A model generated the notes under the pieces. The model had not been told where the DNA came from, did no database searches, and saw only the letters and a list, made by a program, of their open reading frames with translations. Source: an uncultured Candidatus Rokubacteria bacterium (GTDB lineage Bacteria > Methylomirabilota > Methylomirabilia > Rokubacteriales > CSP1-6). From it: a DNA stretch of 64,000 nt. The DNA lies in assembly GCA_963754315.1 (NCBI GenBank), contig CAVWFS010000014.1, positions 223,839-287,838 of the forward strand, written 5' to 3'. The position numbers were made by a program, and so were the translations under genes. Below are positions 1-10,835 of this stretch, one piece after another; positions within the stretch are counted from its first letter, which is position 1; the number at the start of each line of letters is the position of its first letter.

Positions 1-393
1 GATGACGGTGGTGGCCAGCAAGAATCCCATGGCGATGGGGGCCAGTCCCTTTTCCACCGCCACCCGCCACGGAGCCGCCCGGAAACGCTCCCAGGCGAAG
101 CTGGCGACGCAGGCCAGCGCCGCCGCCGGCAGCAGCATGGCCAGCGCGGCGACCAGTGCGCCCGGCCACCCGGCCGCCTTCATGCCGATCAGGGCGGCCA
201 TGAGAGCTGTGCTGGGTCCTGGCGCCGCCTGCGCGATGGCGAAGATGTCGGCGAATTCGCCGTCGGTCAGCCACTTGTAGTTCCAGACGCTCTGCACGTG
301 AAGCTCCGGCAACACGGTATTGCCGCCGCCGATGGCCACGAGCGAGAGCGATCCCAGCACCCAGATCAGCGCGAACAGTGTCAGCAGGTTCAC
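1..393 (-). CDS. chrA: Short-chain chromate transporter (CHR family), second subunit; runs off window start
   Basis: Manual translation from GTG at 393: MNLLTLFALIWVLGSLSLVAIGGGNTVLPELH...WLTDGEFADIFAIAQAAPGPS, with CHR GGG and PGP motifs; GTGA overlap with the stop of the upstream CHR gene. Not in the ORF track because it is truncated. Confidence 0.85.
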   Translation of the reverse strand, partial: MNLLTLFALIWVLGSLSLVAIGGGNTVLPELHVQSVWNYKWLTDGEFADIFAIAQAAPGPSTALMAALIGMKAAGWPGALVAALAMLLPAAALACVASFAWERFRAAPWRVAVEKGLAPIAMGFLLATTVI

Positions 394-1028
394 GCGCCGC
401 CGTGCCCCTCCCGCCCCGGCCCACGGCGAGGCCAGTACCAACCGAGCCCAATAGGGGCGAGCACACCCAGGATCACCAGGAGCGGCCAGCGCAACACGGC
501 CATGCCGATGAAGGCTGCCACCGCCAGCGCGAGGGCGACCGGATCGCGTCGGTACTGGCCGGCGAGCTTTACCGCCACCGCGAGGGTCATGCCGGCGGCG
601 GCGGCCACCAGGCCGCTCATCGAGTCCTTGAGGGCGGGAACCTGATGATGCCGGAAGTAAAGCCCGCCCAGCACCAGCACGATCAGGAGCGGCACCACAG
701 TGAGGCCGGCCAGGGCGGCCGTTGCGCCGGCCACGCCCCGATAGCGAGTACCCACGTGTACGGCCAGGTTGACCTGGTTGGCGCCGGGTAAGATCCGGCA
801 CAAGGTGAGCGCTCCCAGGAACTCCTCTTCCGTGAGCCAGCGGCGTTCCTCGACGAGGACTCGCAGCGCCCAGGCCGACATGCCGCCCCCCAGGCTGACC
901 ATGGCGATCTTGAGGAACGTGAGAGCAAGATCGATCAAGCTCACCGGCGGCCTCATGTCTGCCGGCGGCGTGCCCTCGCGATTGACGGCCGGCGTGAGGG
1001 CGCCGCTCATCTTCTCGGGATCACTCAT
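390..1028 (-). CDS. chrA: Short-chain chromate transporter (CHR family), first subunit
   Basis: FLKIAMVSLGGG...WLTEEEFLGALTLCRILPGANQVN; hydrophobic; tandem pair typical of short-chain CHR. Confidence 0.88.
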   Translation of the reverse strand: MSDPEKMSGALTPAVNREGTPPADMRPPVSLIDLALTFLKIAMVSLGGGMSAWALRVLVEERRWLTEEEFLGALTLCRILPGANQVNLAVHVGTRYRGVAGATAALAGLTVVPLLIVLVLGGLYFRHHQVPALKDSMSGLVAAAAGMTLAVAVKLAGQYRRDPVALALAVAAFIGMAVLRWPLLVILGVLAPIGLGWYWPRRGPGREGHGGA

Positions 1029-2022
1029 GGACAAAGTGGGGGTCGTGCGGCAACTCGTCGTGATCGTGCGTCTCGACGGCGAGGGGGTCAGGAGCTTCCC
1101 AGCGGTGCGAGTGATCCCAGTCCTGCTCGAACACCTTCGTCAAGCGTTCCACAATGGGTTCGTCGTCGACAATGATGCCGAGTTCTCGCCGGAGGTCGAA
1201 GGCACTCCGGTCAATGTTCATCGAACCGATCAGTGCCCGATCGCCGTCGGCCAGCAGGAGCTTGGCGTGCAGCTTCAGGTGCTTCTGGCGGTGCACCTTG
1301 ATGCCGAACCGCTCGAGGATCCTGAGGGACGAGAAGGTATCGTTGATATCCGTATCGCTGATGCCATGCTTGCCTCCACAGAGCACCTTGACGTGGGCGC
1401 CCCGATCGTGGGCCTCCACCAGCCTAGCCACCACGGTGGCGTCGACGAATTTGGGGTGCTGGACCAGGAGCGACTCCCGGGCGCTATCAATGAACTGGGC
1501 CATGATCCGCCGCGCGTTGCTGGTACTCCACAAGAGGCCCGCGTGCTCATCGGGGTGGAATGGCGCGCGGGCCCAGTCGGCCTCGAAGCCGGCCACGATC
1601 TGGGCCACCTGGTCCGGGTCCGACGTCACAACCCCGTAGTCGCGCGTCTCCGTGAAGTACTTCTCCACGAAGTTGAAGGTGGCCACCAGGGCGCGGGCAC
1701 CGTCGACCACCATCGATTTTTCGTGGGTGACCGCAAAGGCAGGATTGGTCCACTGCACGGCGATGCCGGCGTGCGCCAGGGCCTCGAAGGTTTCGTCGTT
1801 GGCCCGATCGCCCGAGGAGCGGTGCGGGTTCAGCATGACACGCACCTCGACCCCACGTCGGTGAGCGTCAAGGACGCCCTCGACGAGCCGCGGCTCGAAG
1901 AACGTGAACTGCTTGACGGCCAGCGACTGCGTGGCGGACGTCACGAGCCCGAGGACGGGCCGCACGGTGTCGTCAGGCTGCACGATCAGCGTGCGCTGGG
2001 CAGCGCGTCGCTTCTTGCTCAT
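1021..2022 (-). CDS. Phospholipase D family protein (two HKD motifs, cardiolipin-synthase-like, no TM anchor)
   Basis: HEKSMVVD and HAKLLLAD...GSMN motifs; GAGGAG SD before ATG 2022. Confidence 0.88.
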   Translation of the reverse strand: MSKKRRAAQRTLIVQPDDTVRPVLGLVTSATQSLAVKQFTFFEPRLVEGVLDAHRRGVEVRVMLNPHRSSGDRANDETFEALAHAGIAVQWTNPAFAVTHEKSMVVDGARALVATFNFVEKYFTETRDYGVVTSDPDQVAQIVAGFEADWARAPFHPDEHAGLLWSTSNARRIMAQFIDSARESLLVQHPKFVDATVVARLVEAHDRGAHVKVLCGGKHGISDTDINDTFSSLRILERFGIKVHRQKHLKLHAKLLLADGDRALIGSMNIDRSAFDLRRELGIIVDDEPIVERLTKVFEQDWDHSHRWEAPDPLAVETHDHDELPHDPHFVHE

Positions 2023-2269
2023 GGCGTCACTCCTCAGGGTCGGGTATGGCGTACGCTCTTCGATCCTACCCGAGCTTATGCTTGTGGCCACGATGATCCG
2101 ATCGGCCATATGCTAGAGGGACCACGCCCTGAGGGTCAACGCGGACCGGACCGGTGAGCAGCCACTCGCTCAGACCGTCGACGCGGCTGGCCGAGCCCCT
2201 CGCTGGCTCTTGCCGTACAATCGGACATCGCTGAGGACCCCGGTTCGTGACCGTGAGGAGCGTGAATCG

Positions 2270-3532
2270 GTGCTGAGCGCAGACCAGAACAAGGCGCTGA
2301 CCCAGGTGGGCGCGGGCACGCTCATGGGCGAGCTGCTTCGTCGCTACTGGATGCCCATCGCTGCCGTGGCCGAGCTCGAGGAGAGACCGACCAAGCCCGT
2401 GCGGCTGCTGGGCGAGGACCTGGTCCTCTACCGCGACAAGGGCGGGAGGTACGGCCTCCTCGACCGCCACTGCGCCCACCGTCGCGCCGACCTGTCGTAC
2501 GGGATCGTGGAGGACTGCGGCCTTCGCTGCAACTATCACGGCTGGCTGTACGACGAGCGCGGCCAGTGCCTAGCCCAACCCTTCGAAGAGACCGCGCATC
2601 CGGCGGCGCGCTACAAGGACCGCATCCGGCTCAAGGCCTACCCCGTCGAGGCCAAGGCGGGCCTTCTGTGGGCGTATCTCGGGCCGGCGCCGGTCCCGCT
2701 GGTACCCACCTGGGAGCCGTTCACCTGGACGAACGGCTTCGTTCAGATCGTCTTCGCCGAGGTCCCCTGCAACTGGTTCCAGGCCCAGGAGAACTCCATC
2801 GACCCTGTGCACTTCGAGTGGCTGCATGGCAACTGGTCACGAGCTCTGCGCGGTGTGGACGGGGTCCGGCCGCCCGCGCACCTGAAGATCGGCTTCGACG
2901 AGTTCGAGTACGGCTTCGTGTACCGACGCGTGCTCGAGGGCCAGGCGGAAAGCGACGAGCTGTGGACCGTCGGCCGCGTGTGTCTGTGGCCGAACTGTCT
3001 GTTCACCGGTGCCCACTTCGAGTGGCGGGTACCCGTCGACGACGGGAACATGCTGAGCGTGGGCTGGTTCTTCGACCGGGTCCCGAACGAGATGGAGCCC
3101 TTCCGGCAGGAGCGTATTCCCTACTGGTACGGGCCCATCAGAGATCCGCAGACGAACCGCTGGATCACCACTCATGTCATGAACCAGGATTTCGTGGCCT
3201 GGGTCGGACAGGGCGCCATCGCCGATCGAACGGGCGAGCATCTGGGCGAGAGTGACCGCGGCGTCATCATGATGCGCCGGATGCTCCTGGAGCAGGCCGA
3301 GGTGGTGGCCGCCGGCGGCGAGCCCAAGGCCGTCGTGCGCGACGCCTGCGCCAACGAGTGCATCCGCCTGCCCATCATTGGCCGTGACCGTTACCTCAAA
3401 GGCTTTTCAGCAAACACGCCGCACCGGGAAGCCAGTGGCACGCCTGGCCCCATCTTGCCCGAAGGGTTCGTATTCCAGGCTGGGCAGCCGGAGGTAGTCC
3501 GCGCCGACTACCGGCGCGCCATGGGCCTGTAA
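2270..3532 (+). CDS. Rieske non-heme iron aromatic oxygenase alpha subunit (phthalate 4,5-dioxygenase-like)
   Basis: CAHRRADL...CNYHGW Rieske motif; ENSIDPVHFEWLH iron-binding motif; GTLMGELLRRYW N-terminus. Confidence 0.9.
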   Translation: MLSADQNKALTQVGAGTLMGELLRRYWMPIAAVAELEERPTKPVRLLGEDLVLYRDKGGRYGLLDRHCAHRRADLSYGIVEDCGLRCNYHGWLYDERGQCLAQPFEETAHPAARYKDRIRLKAYPVEAKAGLLWAYLGPAPVPLVPTWEPFTWTNGFVQIVFAEVPCNWFQAQENSIDPVHFEWLHGNWSRALRGVDGVRPPAHLKIGFDEFEYGFVYRRVLEGQAESDELWTVGRVCLWPNCLFTGAHFEWRVPVDDGNMLSVGWFFDRVPNEMEPFRQERIPYWYGPIRDPQTNRWITTHVMNQDFVAWVGQGAIADRTGEHLGESDRGVIMMRRMLLEQAEVVAAGGEPKAVVRDACANECIRLPIIGRDRYLKGFSANTPHREASGTPGPILPEGFVFQAGQPEVVRADYRRAMGL

Positions 3533-3647
3533 TCTGTTCGGCACGGCTCTCCGATTGACGCAATAGGCCGCTACCGCCGATCACTTGTAAAGGTCGTAGA
3601 CCAGCCCAGCATGTGCTCCGCCCACCCCGTGCTACTGTGACGTCGCC

Positions 3648-5262
3648 GTGATCCCGATCATCTTGCTGTGGCTGCGCGCGGCTGGGCTTGTGGGCCAGAC
3701 CGTCGCGCTGGGGAGTTCGGTCTTCGCGCTCGTGGTGCTGCGGCGCGCCGGCGAGCGAGACCCTCCCCGTGCTTTCGACCGGTCCCTTGCCCTCGCCGGG
3801 GCCGCTGCGCTCTTCGCCGCGCTGGCGCAGGCCGGCCTGATTGCCGCACAGGCTGCGGCGCTAGCAGACGCCGACGGCCGCTGGCCAACTGCTGCCTTGC
3901 TCGGCTCGACCGTAGGCATCGGCGGCCTCGTCCGGATCGGCGCGGCGCTCGCCGTCCTGCCCGCCGCGCTTGCTCTTCGGAGGGAGCCGTCGTCTCGCTT
4001 GCGCGGTGCATTCCTCTTGGCCACTGCCGCAGCCCTGTGTATCACCGGAGTGCTGGCCAGTCATGCGATGGGGCGCGCGGACAACCGTGCCTGGCTCCTG
4101 CTGGTCAGCGCCGTTCATCAGACGGCCGTCGGCATATGGGTGGGCGGGCTCGTGTGCGCGGCGATGCACGTGATGTGTGCCGATGCCGACGATGACGCCG
4201 CCTGGCTGCGCCCATTTTCGGCGGTGGCCGCAGCGGCAGTGGCGGCCGTCGCCGTCACCGGTCTCGCGCTCTCGCTCGCCTATGTCGCCACGTCCGACGC
4301 TGCCATCGGTACATCGTACGGGGCCATGGTCCTCACGAAGGTCGTTCTCTTCGGGGCGCTCGTCGCCATGGGTATCCTCAATCACCGCGCGCTCCATCGC
4401 GGCTTCAGGCTATGGCCTAGAAGTGCGCGGGGGTCCGCCCCAGGTGCCACGGCCGCCGGCTCGATCCTGGTGCGGCGGCGCGTGGAGGTGGAAGCCGGGC
4501 TGGCAATCGTCACCATCCTGGTCGCTGCATCCGTCAGCACGGCTCCGCCGGCGGTCGACGCCAACGAGCAGCGAGCCACGCTGGACGAGATCCGCAGGGT
4601 GTTCACGCCGCGGTGGCCGCGGCTGACGACGCCAACCCTGACCGAGCTCGCATCGGCTTCAGATCTCGCCCGTCCCGACTTGCCGCGCACAGCTGAGATG
4701 ACCGAGTGGTCCGAGTTCGGACACAACGTCGCAGGCATTTTCATTCTCACCATTGGCTTGCTCGCGACGCTCGAAACGGAACTGGCGCGTGCGATGGGCC
4801 CGGCACTGGCCGCTGCTGACCATCGTGTTAGCGGCGTTCGTCGCGTACAGTCTGGATCCGGAGGGCTGGCAGACCGGGGCGGTCGGATTTTGGGAGCACC
4901 TCCGGAGCCCGGAGGTGTTCCAACACCGGATCATGCTCGCGCTCACCGCGCTCTTCGGGTTCGCCGAGTGGCGGGTACGCAGCGGACGCCATCCAAACTC
5001 CCCGTGCCGCTACGTCTTTCCCGTCGCCGCCATCTGGAGCGGAGTGCTACTTCTCGCCCACACCCACGAGTTGGGCGACAGCAAGTTAGCGTTCTTCATG
5101 GAGATCTCGCACCTGCTGCTCGGCCTCACGGCCCTCGTGGTGGGCTGGGCACGCTGGCTCGAACTCCGGCTGCCGGCTGCCGAGAGCGGTGCGCCCGGCC
5201 GGATGTGGGGCCCGGCCCTCGCTTTCCTCGGGCTGCTCCTGATCCTGTACCGCGAGGGATGA
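3648..5262 (+). CDS. copD: CopD-family copper resistance membrane protein with C-terminal His-containing membrane domain; frameshift near 4785
   Basis: SHA, HQTAVGIWVGGL, TSYGAMVLTK and VEVEAG CopD motifs in 3648 frame; continues in the 4753..5262 frame (QHRI, AHTH, MEISHL). Confidence 0.75.
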
Positions 5263-5276
5263 GGGCGGGCCGTCGG

Positions 5277-7220
5277 TCAGGTTTTCGACAGATTCGCGAT
5301 CGGCACGGGCTCCACCGGCTCGGCCAGATCGAAGCCGAAGATCTTCGAGTAGAAGTACAGCTCTCCGTCCAAGGCGCGCTTGATGTTCTCCGCCTTGCGG
5401 AACCCATGCTGCTCGCCTTCGAAGGCGACGTAGGCAACCGGCAAGCCCTTTCGCCGCACGGCCTCGAACATCGCCTCGGCCTGAGCGGGCGGCACCACCT
5501 CGTCCTCGAGACCCTGGAACAGGATCAGCGGGCAGGACAGGCGGTCGGTGAAGTGGATCGGTGAGCGCTCGCGGTACAGGTCCTGGCGCCCCGGATAGGG
5601 ACCGATCAGACGATCGAGGTAGCGCGACTCGAACTTGTGGGTGTCCTTGGCCAGGGCCTCGAGGTCACAGATGCCGTAGTGGCTGGCGCCGGCCTTGAAG
5701 ACGTCGCGGAAGGTCAGGGCAGCCAGGGTCGTGTAGCCGCCAGCGCTGCCGCCGCGGATGGCGAGGCGTTGGCCGTCGACCAGGCCTCGCTGGACGAGGT
5801 GGCGAGCCGCGTTGACGCAATCGTCGACGTCCACGATGCCCCAGCGGCCGTCCAGGCGTTGGCGGTACGCCCGCCCGTAGCCGGTGCTGCCGCCGTAGTT
5901 GACGTCGACGACGGCGAAGCCGCGACTGGTCCAGTACTGGATCCCGAGGCTCAGGGCCGCCGACGCCGCGCCGGTCGGGCCACCGTGGCTCAGGACGAGG
6001 AGCGGCGGGCGCTCCTCGGCGGGGGCGGCGAAGTCGCGGTTCCGCGGCTGATAGAAAAGCGCGTGGGCGGTCAGGCCCTGCTCGGTCGGGAACTCGATCG
6101 GCTGAGCCGATGAAAGGTACCCTGGATCGATCGTTGCGTTGCTGGACGTTCGGACCACGTCGACCTGGTCGCTGGCGAGATCGAGCAAGACCACCGCGGG
6201 GCTTTCGGTAGGCGAGCTACCGATGAACACCGCTCGCTCGCGAGTGGCGCGCAATCCGCTGATCGAGGTGTACGGTACCCCAACCGGAGTGAGCCGGCGC
6301 GTGTTGGTATCCAGGCGCGCCAGCCGCCACGTGCCCGCGGTCCAGGTAGGTGCACAAGAGCTGCCCGGGCTCGATGAAGGCGTAGGTCGACATCCCGAAG
6401 ACCCACTGCGGCAGCCCGAATTCGGCCTCGAGCGGACAGAGCGACTCCACCTGCCCGGCGCGGTAGCGATAGAGATTCCACCAGCCGCTCCGGTCGGAGA
6501 CGAAGTGCAGCTCACCGTCGGGCGACCATTCGGGTTGGAAAATCGACTCTGCCGGACCACCGGCCACCAGCTCCAGCCCGGCCAGGGAGCCCGCGCCGTC
6601 GAAGTGACCGACCCAGAGCTCGGTCCCGTCCCAGGGCATGCTTGGGTGGTTCCAGGTCAGCCACGCCAGACGCTCCGTCCGGGCTCGAGGCGCGGACTGG
6701 CGTAGAAATCGTTGCCCGAGACCAGAACCCGGCCGCCCGACGGGTCGCCGTCGAGCGACAGGCTGATCAGGCTGTTCACCGCCGGCCGGGCCTTGTCGGT
6801 ATGGTCTTCTCGAACACAGATCAGTTGCCCGCGGGCCCGGTCGATCACTCCGTCGGCGTAGCGCAACGCCGCAGCCGGGGTCAGTGGACGGGGCTCGGTC
6901 CCGGGCTCCTGGCGATAGAGTCGCTGATCCGCGAAGTTCGAGAAGTACACCCTGCCCGCCTCGACGACGTAGGCCCCGCCGCCATACTCGTGCACGCGCG
7001 TGCGGGCGTTGAAGGCACGAGGGGTGAGATCGGTCGTCTCGCCAGCAGCGGCGCGTCGGACGACGACGTTGCGGCCGGCCTCCGAGGGCCGCTGCTCGAT
7101 CCAGTACACATCCTGTCCGTCGAGACTTGGCTGGCTCAGGCCGATTGTCCCCGCCACGATCAGGTCCGAGGTGATGGGCGAGCGCCAACGTCCGTAGGGT
7201 TGAACCTGGGGCTGGCTCAC
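5277..7220 (-). CDS. S9 family peptidase (dipeptidyl aminopeptidase/acylaminoacyl peptidase); two frameshifts (~6680, ~6340)
   Basis: N-term [10 protein letters not shown] and RVHEYGGG; catalytic domain [25 protein letters not shown] spread over three ORFs. Confidence 0.88.
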
Positions 7221-7342
7221 GGCGCCACCTCCTTCACCGAGATCGTACGGGAAGCTGTTGGTCGCCGCACGTCTCCACTCCGCACACGACGGGCCGCGGT
7301 ATCATCCGACCGGAAGTGTTCACTCCCCGGGAGGAGCGCACG

Positions 7343-7969
7343 ATGGACAAGTGGCACGTCGGCATCCTGATCTTCGACGGCGTCGAGGTCCTCGATTTCG
7401 CCGGTCCCTTCGAGGTGTTCTCGCGCACACGGCTCATGCCGGGCCCCGAATCGCGTCGCTCGGAAGAGACAGCGCCGTTCCACGTGTTCACCGTGGCACG
7501 ATCACTGTCATCCGTGAACGCCACCGGTGGCCTGAGGGTATTACCCCACCACGACTTCGCGGGAGCGCCGCGCATCGATCTGCTCCTCATCCCCGGCGGT
7601 TTCGGGACCCGCGCCTTGATCGACGATACCGAGACTCTCGACTGGATCCGCAATTCGGCCGGCCGGGCGCGCAAGGTCACATCGGTGTGCACGGGCTCCT
7701 TACTGCTCGCGAAGGCCGGGCTCTTGAAGGGACGCCGCGCCACCACGCACTGGGGCGCGCTCGACTTGCTGGACTCCATGCAGGCCGGCGTGAGGGTGGA
7801 GCGTGAGCCTCGCGTGGTCGACGATGGGATCATCAGCTCCGCGGGCGTGGCGTCCGGTATCGACATGGCGTTCTATGTGGTCGAGACGCTGTTCGGCCGC
7901 GAGGTGGCGGACGAGACCGCGCACTACATCGAGTATCGAAGGGCCGGCCGCGAGGTCGTCAGCGCCTAG
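7343..7969 (+). CDS. DJ-1/PfpI family protein
   Basis: EVLDFAGPFEVF, PGGFG, SVCTG, ATTHW, SAGVASGID; GGAGGAG SD. Confidence 0.9.
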   Translation: MDKWHVGILIFDGVEVLDFAGPFEVFSRTRLMPGPESRRSEETAPFHVFTVARSLSSVNATGGLRVLPHHDFAGAPRIDLLLIPGGFGTRALIDDTETLDWIRNSAGRARKVTSVCTGSLLLAKAGLLKGRRATTHWGALDLLDSMQAGVRVEREPRVVDDGIISSAGVASGIDMAFYVVETLFGREVADETAHYIEYRRAGREVVSA

Positions 7970-7982
7970 GGACATCACCAGT

Positions 7983-8948
7983 TCACGCCAGGTGGCAGGC
8001 CACCTGCTGGCCGGCCACCGTGCGCAGGGGCGGCTCCTCTGCCGCGCAGACGTCGACGGCGAGCGGGCAGCGCGGGCGGAAGCGGCAGCCGCCCGGCAGA
8101 TCGCGCGGGTTTGGGGGCTCTCCCTCCAGCGCGAAGGTGTCCGTCACCCGGGGCCCCCCGATCCGCGGCAAAGCCGCCAAGAGTGAGCGCGTGTAGGGAT
8201 GACGGGGCCGCGCGAAGACGTCCTCCGTCTCGCCGATCTCGACGATCTTGCCGAGATACATCACGGCCACCCGCTGGCACATCGTCCGTACCACGGCCAG
8301 GTCATGCGAGATGAAGAGATAGGTCAGCGCGAACGTCTCTTGCAGTCCGCGAAAGAGCTTCAGCACGCTCGCTTGCACGGAGACGTCCAGGCCTGAGGTG
8401 GGCTCGTCGAGGATGACCAGGCGCGGCTTGAGGGTCAGGATGCGCGCCAACCCCACTCGCCGCTGCTGCCCGCCCGACAGCTCGTGAGGGTAAAGATCGA
8501 GATGGGCGTCGGGCAGGCCGACGAGCTGTAGGATTTCGCGCACCACGGCCGTCCGCTCGCCGCGGGACAACGGCGTGTGGATGATGAGCGGCTCGTGGAG
8601 CGAACGTCGGATCTTCCAGCGCGGATCGAGGGAAGCCCCCGGGTCCTGATAGACATACTGAAGATCGCGCGCCACCCGCCGACGCTCGCGTGGCGACACG
8701 TGGCCGATTTCGCGCCCGAGAAAACGGATGTCACCCGCCGTCGGTCGGAAGATCCCCATCACCGTCTTGCCGAGGGTGGACTTGCCACAGCCGCTCTCGC
8801 CGACCAGGCCGAGCGTTTCGCCCGCGCGGACGTCGAGCGTGACGCCGTCCACCGCGCGCAGCCAGCCCGTGCGCCGACCGAAGGCATTGCGCACGGGGAA
8901 GTACCGCGCGAGGTCGACCAGCTCGAGCAGTGGCGCCTCCACGTTCAC
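7983..8948 (-). CDS. Peptide/nickel ABC transporter ATP-binding subunit (OppF/DppF-like)
   Basis: GESGCGKST, LSGGQQRR, DEPTS, HPYT, GCRFRPRC. Confidence 0.92.
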   Translation of the reverse strand: MNVEAPLLELVDLARYFPVRNAFGRRTGWLRAVDGVTLDVRAGETLGLVGESGCGKSTLGKTVMGIFRPTAGDIRFLGREIGHVSPRERRRVARDLQYVYQDPGASLDPRWKIRRSLHEPLIIHTPLSRGERTAVVREILQLVGLPDAHLDLYPHELSGGQQRRVGLARILTLKPRLVILDEPTSGLDVSVQASVLKLFRGLQETFALTYLFISHDLAVVRTMCQRVAVMYLGKIVEIGETEDVFARPRHPYTRSLLAALPRIGGPRVTDTFALEGEPPNPRDLPGGCRFRPRCPLAVDVCAAEEPPLRTVAGQQVACHLA

Positions 8949-9973
8949 GGGGACGATGTCACGGGATGGTAGCAGTGGACGCGATGCTCGAATCCGACCT
9001 CGCGAACGTGCGGCCGCTCGCCGCGGCACTCGAGGGTGGCCGCCTCGCAGCGCGGATGGAAGCGGCACCCAGGCGGGGGCGCGATCAGGCTCGGGACTTC
9101 GCCGGGAATGTCGCGGATCTCGGCGCCGGGCACCGGCAGGCTCTCGAGCAGCCGACGCGTGTAGGGATGCGCCGGGCGTTCGAAGAACGCGGCCGTCGAC
9201 GCCGCCTCCATCTCCTGCCCCGCATACATGACCACGATCCGGTCGCACAGCTCATAGGCGGTGCCGAGGTCGTGGGTGGTGAAGAGAACCGAGACGCGCC
9301 GTTCCTTCACGAGGGCGCGCAGCAGTCTCAAGATCTGGGCCTGGATCGTCACATCGAGGGCGGTGGTCGGCTCGTCGGCGATGATGAGGGCCGGGTTGGG
9401 CAAGAGGGCCATGGCGATCATGAGCCGCTGACGCTGGCCTCCCGAGAACTCATGGGGAAGACGGCGCAGGGCGCGCGCGGGATCGGGGATCTGGACCGCG
9501 CGCAGCATGTCGAGGGCGGCCTCACGATCGACCCGGTAGCGCCGGCGCGGATAGCGCCGCAGCACGGCCGGCCAGCCGCCGCCGCGGCTCGCCGGTGCGC
9601 GGGGTGACTTCCACTTCATCAACTCCATGATCTGGGCGCCCACCGTGAAGACGGGGTTGAAGGAGGTGTAGGGATCTTGAGGAATGACCGTGATGGCGCG
9701 CCCCCGCACCTCGCGGTTGACCACGTGGGGGTCCTCCTCGAGGAGATCGCGGCCCTGGAAGCGAATCGTCCCGCCGCCGATGCGGGCGACCCCAACCGGC
9801 AGCACGCCCAAGATAGCGCGGGCCAAGGTCGTCTTGCCACAACCGCTCTCGCCGACCAATCCGACGACCTCGCCGGCGGCGATGTCGAGGCTGATCCCGT
9901 CGAGGACGCGGGCCACCCCGCGCTCGGTGGCGAACTGCACGCGCAGATCCCGCACGCTGAGCAGCTCAGCCAT
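8945..9973 (-). CDS. Peptide/nickel ABC transporter ATP-binding subunit (OppD/DppD-like)
   Basis: GESGCGKTT, FSGGQRQR, DEPTTALD, GCRFHPRC. Confidence 0.92.
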   Translation of the reverse strand: MAELLSVRDLRVQFATERGVARVLDGISLDIAAGEVVGLVGESGCGKTTLARAILGVLPVGVARIGGGTIRFQGRDLLEEDPHVVNREVRGRAITVIPQDPYTSFNPVFTVGAQIMELMKWKSPRAPASRGGGWPAVLRRYPRRRYRVDREAALDMLRAVQIPDPARALRRLPHEFSGGQRQRLMIAMALLPNPALIIADEPTTALDVTIQAQILRLLRALVKERRVSVLFTTHDLGTAYELCDRIVVMYAGQEMEAASTAAFFERPAHPYTRRLLESLPVPGAEIRDIPGEVPSLIAPPPGCRFHPRCEAATLECRGERPHVREVGFEHRVHCYHPVTSSP

Positions 9974-10835
9974 CGGCAGCCTCGGCCTGGCTCCGGCGGA
10001 TCCGCGGATCGAGCACGTCGCGGAGCCCGTCACCCAGCAGGTTGAACCCCATCACGGTGAGAAAGATGGCCAGTCCTGGCGCGGCCGCGTACCACCAGGC
10101 GGCGGGCAAGAACTCGCGCGCCTCCGCGATCGTCCGTCCCCACTCCGGCGCGGGTGGCGGCGGTCCGAGTCCGAGGAACCCCAGCGCGGCAGCGGTGAGA
10201 ATAGTGAAGCCCATGCCGATGGAGGTCCGCACGATGATGGGCGAGGCCACGCTGGGCAGCACGTGGAGGGCCATCAGCCTGAAGGGCGAAGCCCCGATAG
10301 CCGCCGTCGACTCGATGAACACTTCCTTCTGTAGCGCTCGCGTTTCCGCGTAGACGAGCCGCGCGAACCAGGGCCAGTAGGTTACCGAGAGGGCCAGGAT
10401 GACGTTGGGGAGGGACGGCCCCAACGTCTGGGCAATGGCGATGGCGAGGACGACTTGGGGGACGGCCAGGAAGATGTCGGACACGCGCATGAGTGCGTCG
10501 CTCACCCACGTGTGATAGTGACCGGCCACCAGCCCGATGGGCACGCCGATCAGCAGCGCGGTGCCAACCGCGATGACACCGATCACGATGGTGGTGCGCG
10601 CCCCGAACAGCAGGCGGCTATAAATGTCGCTCCCCATGCGGTCCGTCCCGAGCAGATGCTCGGCGCTGGGGGGTCGCAGCCGCTGGGCCGGATGCAGCTC
10701 GAAGACGTCGTCGGGATGGGTGGCGAGCCACGGCGCCAGCAGGGCGCTCAGCACGAGGCCAAGGATGAGAACGAGTCCCAGGAAGGCCGACCGGTCACGC
10801 ATCAGCCGCGCCAGCACGAAGAGCGTGCCGCTCAC
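9966..10835 (-). CDS. Peptide ABC transporter permease (DppC-like)
   Basis: HLLGTDRMGSDIYSR, LGFLGLG, PEWG, NLLGDGLRDVLDPR. Confidence 0.92.
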   Translation of the reverse strand: MSGTLFVLARLMRDRSAFLGLVLILGLVLSALLAPWLATHPDDVFELHPAQRLRPPSAEHLLGTDRMGSDIYSRLLFGARTTIVIGVIAVGTALLIGVPIGLVAGHYHTWVSDALMRVSDIFLAVPQVVLAIAIAQTLGPSLPNVILALSVTYWPWFARLVYAETRALQKEVFIESTAAIGASPFRLMALHVLPSVASPIIVRTSIGMGFTILTAAALGFLGLGPPPPAPEWGRTIAEAREFLPAAWWYAAAPGLAIFLTVMGFNLLGDGLRDVLDPRIRRSQAEAADG

